From the NCBI GenBank assembly GCA_965228895.1, contig OZ245842.1, positions 3,392,001-3,456,000 on the forward strand: DNA of 64,000 bases. The letters are read 5' to 3'. Below the pieces are notes generated by a model, which saw only the letters and a program-made list of their open reading frames with translations, was not told the origin of the DNA and ran no database searches. The position numbers and the translations under genes were made by a program. Below are positions 57,388 through 64,000 of this stretch, one piece after another. The DNA is from Alphaproteobacteria bacterium (lineage in GTDB: Bacteria; Pseudomonadota; Alphaproteobacteria; SP197). Position 1 is the stretch's first letter. Every line of letters starts with the position of its first letter.

Positions 57388-59427
57388 ATGGCTGCCGACG
57401 ACATCGAAACCGTGACCCAGTTTCCACGCGAGGTCGTGGAGCTTCCCAACGAGTGGATCACCCTGTCGGATGGCACGCGGCTGGCAGCGCGTATCTGGAT
57501 GCCGAAGGATGCCGAAGACGACCCGGTACCGGCAATCCTGGAGTTTCTGCCCTATTGCAAACGCGACGGCACCGCCGAGCGCGACGAACTGACACACCCC
57601 TATTACGCCGGCAACGGTTATGCCTGCGTGCGCGTCGACATGCGCGGATCCGGCGAATCCGATGGCATCCTGGAAGATGAATACCTGAAGCAGGAGCAGG
57701 ATGACGGTCTGGAGATCCTGGAATGGATCGCCGCCCAGCCCTGGTGCACGGGCAAGACCGGTATGATCGGTATCTCGTGGGGCGGCTTTAACGGGTTGCA
57801 GATCGCCGCGCGCCGGCCGCCGTCCTTGAAGGCCATCGTCACCATCGCCTCGACCGACGACCGCTACGCCGACGACATCCACTACATGGGCGGCGTCATG
57901 CTGAACGACAACATGTCGTGGGCCGCCACCATGTTCGCCTTCAACACCCGCCCGCCCGATCCCAACCTGGTCGGCGACAAGTGGCGCGATCTGTGGATGC
58001 AGCGTCTGGAAGCCAACGACCCCTGGATGATCAAGTGGCTCGACCACCAGCGCCGCGACGAACAGTGGCAGCACGGTTCGGTGTGCCAGAACTATGACGA
58101 CATCGAATGCGCCGTCTACGCGGTTGGCGGTTGGGCCGACGGTTATTCGAACGCCGTGCCGCGCCTGCTCGCCAACCTCAAGGCGCCCGCCAAGGGCATT
58201 GTCGGCCCGTGGGCGCACAAGTATCCCCATTTCGCCGCGCCGGGCCCGCGTATCGGCTTCCTGCAGGATACGTTGCGCTGGTGGGACTACTGGTTGAAGG
58301 ATGTAGAGACCGGCATCATGGACGAGCCCGCCTATCGCGTGTGGATGTCCGACCACGTGCCGCCGCAGACATACTATGACGAGCGGCCCGGCCGCTGGGT
58401 CGCCGAACCGTCATGGCCCTCCGACAACGTGGAGAACCGCACGTTCCACCTAAACACAGGCGGTCTGGGCGATAGCGCCGGCGACAACAGCGCCGTCGCG
58501 ATCAACACGCCGCTCACCATGGGCGCCGGTCAGGGCGAGTGGTGTGGCTACGGCCTGGTGCCGGACGCGCCGGTCGACCAGCGTTTCGACGACGGTTGCG
58601 CCGTCGTGTTCCAGACCGAACCGCTGGACGAAGCGGTTGAAATCATGGGCGCGCCGGTACTGAACCTCACCGTCAGCGCCGACAAACCGAACGCGTTCAT
58701 CGCCGCGCGCCTGTCCGACGTCGCGCCCGACGGATCGGCGACCCGCGTCACGTATGGTGTCTTGAACCTGACCCACCGCGACAGTCACGAAAAACCGGAA
58801 GCGCTGGAGCCCGGCAAGACCTATCAGATCCGCTTGCAGTTGAACGATGCCGCACAGCGGTTCGAGAAAGGCCATCGCATCCGCGTCGCGCTTTCGAACA
58901 CAATGTGGCCGTTGTTCTGGCCGTCACCGGAACCGGTGACCGTTACCTTGACCGCAGGCGCCAGTACGCTCGACCTGCCGGTGCGCCCGCCGCGCGACGA
59001 GGACGCCAAGCTCGCACCGTTCGGCCCTCCCGAGGCGGCCGAGCCCTGGGACTTGAGTGAGGTCGAACCGGACCGGCCTTACGCACGCCGCGTCGAACGC
59101 GACGATGTCACCGGCGAGCTCGTGCAAAGCGTATCGAGCGGCGGCGGCATGTACCGCCTCAACAAACTCGGTTGGGAGTTCGGTTCGTCCTCCGACCATC
59201 GCTTTTCCGTGCGCGATGGCGACCCGACAACGGCGCGTATCACTATCGCCTGGACGGTCCGCTTCCGACGGCCCGATACCGGTTTCGACGTCAGTGCCAA
59301 GACGACGTCCACGATCACCTGCACCAAGGACAGCTTCATCTTTTCCGCCGACCAGGAGGCCTTCGAAGGCGATAAGCGCATCCAGGCCAAGACCTGGAAT
59401 ACGGAAGCCAAACGCGATCTGAACTAA
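57388..59427 (+). CDS. CocE/NonD family hydrolase
   Basis: DGTRLAARIW, VDMRGSGESDG, GISWGG, GWADGY, GPWAH. Confidence 0.94.
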   Translation: MAADDIETVTQFPREVVELPNEWITLSDGTRLAARIWMPKDAEDDPVPAILEFLPYCKRDGTAERDELTHPYYAGNGYACVRVDMRGSGESDGILEDEYLKQEQDDGLEILEWIAAQPWCTGKTGMIGISWGGFNGLQIAARRPPSLKAIVTIASTDDRYADDIHYMGGVMLNDNMSWAATMFAFNTRPPDPNLVGDKWRDLWMQRLEANDPWMIKWLDHQRRDEQWQHGSVCQNYDDIECAVYAVGGWADGYSNAVPRLLANLKAPAKGIVGPWAHKYPHFAAPGPRIGFLQDTLRWWDYWLKDVETGIMDEPAYRVWMSDHVPPQTYYDERPGRWVAEPSWPSDNVENRTFHLNTGGLGDSAGDNSAVAINTPLTMGAGQGEWCGYGLVPDAPVDQRFDDGCAVVFQTEPLDEAVEIMGAPVLNLTVSADKPNAFIAARLSDVAPDGSATRVTYGVLNLTHRDSHEKPEALEPGKTYQIRLQLNDAAQRFEKGHRIRVALSNTMWPLFWPSPEPVTVTLTAGASTLDLPVRPPRDEDAKLAPFGPPEAAEPWDLSEVEPDRPYARRVERDDVTGELVQSVSSGGGMYRLNKLGWEFGSSSDHRFSVRDGDPTTARITIAWTVRFRRPDTGFDVSAKTTSTITCTKDSFIFSADQEAFEGDKRIQAKTWNTEAKRDLN

Positions 59428-59448
59428 CTCGCGGCGCAAAGAACGTTA

Positions 59449-59477
59449 CCGCGCCCCGGATCAAGTCCGGGGCGCGG
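59449..59477. repeat. REP-like hairpin
   Basis: CCGCGCCCCGGA-TCAAG-TCCGGGGCGCGG. Confidence 0.7.
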
Positions 59478-59576
59478 ATGTGACGTCACAACACCGCCAG
59501 TACCGCGCCGCAACAACCTGGACAGGCGGTCAAAAGGGTTGACACCGGGCGCGATCCATCGCCCGATGTTCAGACT

Positions 59577-60521
59577 ATGTGGCTATACACATTACAGCGC
59601 CTGGGGCTCGCTGTTCTCATCGTTTGCTTGGCCTTGTTGATCCTGTTGAGCGCCATCCATATGGTGCCCGGCGATCCGGCCGGCATAGCGCTGGGCCCCC
59701 GTGCGACGCCAGAGATGCGTGAGGCGTTCAAGGCCAAGATGGGCTTGGACAAGCCCTTTGTTATTCAATACGTCACCTTCCTGGGCAACGTCGTCACCGG
59801 CGACCTTGGTTCCGATGTCTGGTCCAACCGCCCAGTCAGCCGGATCATCGGCGAACAGCTGCCGCACACCTTGGCGCTGACGTTCATGGGTCTGGGCTGG
59901 GCCGTGTTGATCGGCATCCCCATGGGTTGTTTTTCCGCCGTCAACCGCAACAGTTGGCTCGACAAACTGACCGGTGTCCTGTCGGTCGCGGTTATCGCGA
60001 TACCATCGTTTGTTGTCGCGCTCTACGCCTTGCTGCTGTTCGCGGTCGAGCTTCGATGGCTGCCGGCGATCGGCGCCGGCGAACCCGGCGATCTTTGGGA
60101 CCAGTTCCGCCATCTGATACTACCGTCGATTGCAGTCGGTCTGGGTTGGGTCGGTTATTTGGCGCGTATCGTGCGCGCCTCGATGCTGGAGATCCTGGGC
60201 GAGAACTTTATTCGCATGGCGCGCGCCTATGGCTTGCCGAAAGCCCGCATAACCTATGTCTACGCGTTGAAGCTCGGCATTTTGCCGACGGTGGCGCTTC
60301 TGGGCGTTGGTATCGGCGCGCTGCTGTCAGGCGCCGTCTTCGCCGAGATCATCTTTGCGCGGCCCGGCATCGGCAAGATGGTCTATGACGCCGTGCAGAC
60401 CCGCAACTATCCCATTGTCATGGGTGGCGTTTTGGTCACCACCGTTCTCTTTGCCTTGGCGACCTTGATCGCCGATCTCATCACCGCAACCCTGGATCCC
60501 CGTGTCCGTCAAAGCCTCTAA
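59577..60521 (+). CDS. Peptide/nickel ABC transporter permease (DppB-like)
   Basis: PGDPA, GDLG, ARAYGL, EIIFARPGIG, LDPRVR. Confidence 0.94.
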   Translation: MWLYTLQRLGLAVLIVCLALLILLSAIHMVPGDPAGIALGPRATPEMREAFKAKMGLDKPFVIQYVTFLGNVVTGDLGSDVWSNRPVSRIIGEQLPHTLALTFMGLGWAVLIGIPMGCFSAVNRNSWLDKLTGVLSVAVIAIPSFVVALYALLLFAVELRWLPAIGAGEPGDLWDQFRHLILPSIAVGLGWVGYLARIVRASMLEILGENFIRMARAYGLPKARITYVYALKLGILPTVALLGVGIGALLSGAVFAEIIFARPGIGKMVYDAVQTRNYPIVMGGVLVTTVLFALATLIADLITATLDPRVRQSL

Positions 60522-61413
60522 CATAAGCGCCGCCGAACCGTCGGCCGACGCGGACGCCCCGATCCGGCGCGATCCGCGCTTCGCGTGGCTGTGGCAGCTT
60601 CTGCGCGAACCGCTGGGTTGTTTCGGTCTGATCCTGGTGTTGCTGATCGTCTTCAGCGCCGTCGGCGCCGATTTCCTCGCACCTTATGACTATAAAGCCC
60701 TAAACGTGCAGGCTCGGTTGGAGCCGCCCAGTTGGGCGCACCTGATGGGCACCGACAACCTGGGCCGCGATACGTTCAGCCGCATCCTGTATGGCGGACG
60801 CATTGCGCTGGTGGTGGCTTTTGTCGCGGTCGGCGGCTCGCTGGTCATCGGCCTGATCCTCGGCATGCTCGCCGGTTACGGCCCGCGCTGGCTCGACAAC
60901 CTCGTTCTCCTGGTCTTCGACGCCGTCCGCTCGTTCCCCTACATCATGTTCGCGCTGGCCGTTATCACCGTGGTCGGCCCCAGTCTCTACACCATCATCT
61001 TTGTCGTCGTGGTGACGTCGGTGCCGGGCTATGGGCGCATTGTGCGTTCCGCGACGCTATCGATACGCAATACCGAATTCATTCTGGCCGAACGATCGCT
61101 CGGTGCCGGCACCATGCGCGTGCTCGGTCAGCACGTTCTGCCGAACGTCGTCGCGCCGCTTCTGATCCTGGGCAGCATGGATATTCCGGTTGTCATCACG
61201 TTCGAAGCCGGCCTCTCCTTCCTCGGCCTCGGCGTCAAACCGCCGACGCCAAGCTGGGGTTCGATTCTGAACGACGGTTTCGGTTTCATCCGCAACACGC
61301 CGTGGCTGGTGGTCGCCGGCGGCATTCCGCTGATCCTGACGACACTGGGCTTCACCTTCTTAGGCGAAGCGTTGCGCGACGTCTTCGATCCCAAACTCAA
61401 GAAGGACCGATGA
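60502..61413 (+). CDS. Peptide/nickel ABC transporter permease (DppC-like)
   Basis: GTDNLGRD, HVLPN, EAGLSFLGLG..PP..SWG, GEALRD. Confidence 0.94.
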   Translation: MSVKASNISAAEPSADADAPIRRDPRFAWLWQLLREPLGCFGLILVLLIVFSAVGADFLAPYDYKALNVQARLEPPSWAHLMGTDNLGRDTFSRILYGGRIALVVAFVAVGGSLVIGLILGMLAGYGPRWLDNLVLLVFDAVRSFPYIMFALAVITVVGPSLYTIIFVVVVTSVPGYGRIVRSATLSIRNTEFILAERSLGAGTMRVLGQHVLPNVVAPLLILGSMDIPVVITFEAGLSFLGLGVKPPTPSWGSILNDGFGFIRNTPWLVVAGGIPLILTTLGFTFLGEALRDVFDPKLKKDR

Positions 61414-62414
61414 GCGACCAGGGGAGCACATCGGCCAACGGCGGCGGCGCGAACGTCCTTGATATCAAGGATCTTTCGATCAGCTTCCGTACCGCGCGCG
61501 GCACCGTGCGTGCGCTGCGCCACGTCAACCTGCAGGTACCAAGAAACAAGGTCGTCGGCATCGTCGGCGAGTCCGGTTGCGGCAAGTCGACGCTGATTTG
61601 GACGGTCCTGCAACTGCTGGCGCCTAACGCCATGGTCGATTCCGGCGAGGTGTTGTTCGAGGGCGAAGACCTGCTGACCAAGCCTGAGTCCGAGCTCACC
61701 AACATTCGCGGCCAGCGCATTTCAACGATCTTCCAGGATCCGATGACGGCCTTGAACCCGGTCATCTCGATCGGCACGCAGATGACGGATATCCAATACC
61801 GTCTGAAGTCGTCGATGGCGGAAAAGCGCAAGCGCGCCGCCGATATGCTGGCAAGTGTCGGCATTCCCGATCCGGCTGAGCGGTTGAACGAGTACCCCCA
61901 TCAGTTCTCCGGCGGCATGCGCCAGCGTATCTGCATCGCCATGGCACTGATGATGAACCCGCCGCTGTTGATCGCCGACGAACCGACGACGGCGCTCGAT
62001 GTCACGCTGGAAGCGCAGATCATCCATCTGATGCGCGAACTGCAGCGTGACTTCGAATGTTCCATGATGTTCGTCAGCCATAATCTCGGCCTGATCGCCG
62101 AACTGTGCGACGAGGTCGTCGTCATGTATGCCGGCGAAGTCGTCGAACAGGGCGAGGTGCGCGACCTCTTTCACAACGCCCAGCATCCCTATACGCAGAT
62201 GCTGCTGGAATGCGACCCCGCCCGTATCGAAGAGCGCATGCGTAACCTGCCGACCATTTCCGGCAGCGTGCCCGACATGATCGACCTGCCGCCCGGCTGC
62301 ATCTTCGCGCCACGTTGTCCGAAGGCCTATGAGCCGTGCCTGCAGGAACCGCCGGCGACCTATGACGTGCGTTCCGATCACGGCGCCCGCTGCTTCCTGG
62401 TGCGCGATGCCTGA
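61410..62414 (+). CDS. ABC transporter ATP-binding protein (DppD-like)
   Basis: GESGCGKS, SGGMRQR, IADEPT, GCIFAPRC. Confidence 0.94.
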   Translation: MSDQGSTSANGGGANVLDIKDLSISFRTARGTVRALRHVNLQVPRNKVVGIVGESGCGKSTLIWTVLQLLAPNAMVDSGEVLFEGEDLLTKPESELTNIRGQRISTIFQDPMTALNPVISIGTQMTDIQYRLKSSMAEKRKRAADMLASVGIPDPAERLNEYPHQFSGGMRQRICIAMALMMNPPLLIADEPTTALDVTLEAQIIHLMRELQRDFECSMMFVSHNLGLIAELCDEVVVMYAGEVVEQGEVRDLFHNAQHPYTQMLLECDPARIEERMRNLPTISGSVPDMIDLPPGCIFAPRCPKAYEPCLQEPPATYDVRSDHGARCFLVRDA

Positions 62415-63417
62415 GCTTCTTGAAATCGATGACCTGCGCGTCAGGTTCCGCGTCGCCGGCTTCATCAAGAGCCTGATCAGCCAGATCGACGACCCCTTTA
62501 TCGACGCGGTCATGCATGTCAGTTTTCACCTGAAGCGCGGCGAGACCTTCGGACTGGTCGGCGAATCCGGTTCGGGCAAAACCACGCTGGGCCGCGCCAT
62601 CATCGGTCTGGTCGATGCTCAGGAAGGCAGCATCCGGTTCGAGGACAAGGAACTCGTCGGCCTGGCGAGCGGCGCCTACAAACATGTTCGGCGCAACATC
62701 GCCATGATGTTTCAGGATCCCATCGCTTCGCTCAGCCCGCGTAAAAAGGTACGCAGCCAGCTTAAAGAACCGTTCAAGATTCACGGCGTCTCCGACAACA
62801 ACCTGGATCAGGAAGCCCGGCGCCTGCTGAACCTGGTCGGCCTGCACGAAGGTTTCCTGGGCGCTTATCCACACCAGCTTTCCGGCGGTCAGGCGCGCCG
62901 CGTCGGCGTTGCCCGCGCGCTCGCGCTGAACCCGAAGATGATCATCGCTGACGAACCGACCGCCGGCCTCGACGTGTCGGTGCAAGGCGAGATCCTGAAC
63001 CTGATGAACCGGCTACAGGACGAAATGGGCCTGAGCTATCTGGTCATCACCCATAACCTGCCGGTCGTGCGTCACATTTCCGATCGGTTGGCCATCATGT
63101 ACCTCGGCCGTTTTGTTGAAACCGGCCCGACCGACGTCATATTCAAAAGGCCTGCGCATCCTTACACCCTGGGCCTGCTGTCGGCGGTACCGGAGCCCGA
63201 CCCGGACAAGAAACGCGCGGAGGTCGAGCTGAAGGGCGAGGTGCCGTCGCTGCGCCGCCGCCCGTCCGGCTGCGAGTTCAACACCCGCTGTCCCTTCGCC
63301 CAGGCCAAATGCCGCGAGGTCGTGCCGGCCTATACCGAGATCGAACCCGGTCGCTGGACAAGCTGCCACTTCCCCTTCCCCGACCCCGCCGACGCCAAGG
63401 AAGCCGGGACGATTTAG
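62407..63417 (+). CDS. ABC transporter ATP-binding protein (DppF-like)
   Basis: GESGSGKT, LSGGQ, IADEPT, GCEFNTRC. Confidence 0.94.
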   Translation: MPELLEIDDLRVRFRVAGFIKSLISQIDDPFIDAVMHVSFHLKRGETFGLVGESGSGKTTLGRAIIGLVDAQEGSIRFEDKELVGLASGAYKHVRRNIAMMFQDPIASLSPRKKVRSQLKEPFKIHGVSDNNLDQEARRLLNLVGLHEGFLGAYPHQLSGGQARRVGVARALALNPKMIIADEPTAGLDVSVQGEILNLMNRLQDEMGLSYLVITHNLPVVRHISDRLAIMYLGRFVETGPTDVIFKRPAHPYTLGLLSAVPEPDPDKKRAEVELKGEVPSLRRRPSGCEFNTRCPFAQAKCREVVPAYTEIEPGRWTSCHFPFPDPADAKEAGTI

Positions 63418-64000
63418 CGCGCGGCGCTGCCACGTCTGCTGGCAATGGGAACCTCATACCCCCGCTGTTCGGGTTCATGATCAACCAGAAATTCTGGAAA
63501 ACCCGCGGCGCGCAGATCTTCGCCACAGTCATCTTCCAATCGCTTGACCACCATGGATGACCAGACCCGCGGACCATAGCGTTTGAGGCCGTCGCGCATG
63601 ATCTCGACACATAGCGGCGACAATTCGAGCGGCACCGAAAGGCTCTTGCCGAGTTGATCAAACAGGGTCAGATCCTTGACTTCGTGGTCCATGGTAAAAT
63701 TGATGTTGTAACTGCCGTTCAAGATGAGCTGACCTTCCGTCTCATGAACAAAGGAGTTGCCGGACGAGACGCGAATGGCCTCATAGGCTACGCCAAGATC
63801 AATGCCGGCTTTCTTGGCCACCATGAAAGCCTCACCGGTCGAGATGAGCTGCACGCCGGCCAGATAGTTCGTGATGACCTTCAAGACAGATGCGGATCCA
63901 AGCGAACCCGTGTGGACGATCTGGCGGCCCATGACGGTCAGCAGCGGCAGCACCGTCTCGAAGGCTGCACGCTCGCCACCGGCGAAGATGGCGATGTTAC
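63414..64000 (-). CDS. NAD(P)-dependent oxidoreductase, 3-hydroxyisobutyrate dehydrogenase family (5' part outside window)
   Basis: IFAGGE, GSASVLKVITNYL, SSGNSFVHETE. Confidence 0.85.
   Translation of the reverse strand, partial: NIAIFAGGERAAFETVLPLLTVMGRQIVHTGSLGSASVLKVITNYLAGVQLISTGEAFMVAKKAGIDLGVAYEAIRVSSGNSFVHETEGQLILNGSYNINFTMDHEVKDLTLFDQLGKSLSVPLELSPLCVEIMRDGLKRYGPRVWSSMVVKRLEDDCGEDLRAAGFPEFLVDHEPEQRGYEVPIASRRGSAAR

Noticed and set aside
1-64000. CRISPR array, cas genes, transposase, integrase, prophage or recognisable defence system
   Set aside because: No regularly spaced repeats or diagnostic protein motifs were seen by eye

Overview
A GC-rich alphaproteobacterial chromosome segment (judged from a CpdR-like regulator, phasin, ExoD, DUF1036 and RIME/REP-like repeats). 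It holds about 65 CDSs, mostly accessory metabolism: two non-pyrrolysine MttB-family methyltransferases, two GMC oxidoreductases, an EutD/DoeA-like M24 hydrolase, TauD, a class III aminotransferase, and CocE plus a peptide ABC transporter. It also has one tRNA-Val(GAC) with a small orphan islet and a degenerate duplicate of its 3' end. No CRISPR array, rRNA, integrase or transposase was seen. The most notable observations are: (1) an unannotated 28-aa leader peptide with Tyr-Phe-Trp-Tyr-Phe-Gly-Tyr followed by a terminator in front of DAHP synthase, which looks like an attenuator sensing all three aromatic amino acids; (2) a desaturase/hydroxylase + GH3 + enolase-superfamily operon of unknown product; (3) a CpdR-like receiver lacking its phosphorylation residues; (4) a 136-bp double-hairpin element present twice with compensatory changes; (5) a 77-aa secreted peptide ending in CxxCH; (6) FNR/FixK boxes linking USP, ADH, phasin and a lipid-acylation gene pair. 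All calls come from motif recognition by eye; no searches or folding were run, and many start codons were reassigned by judgement.
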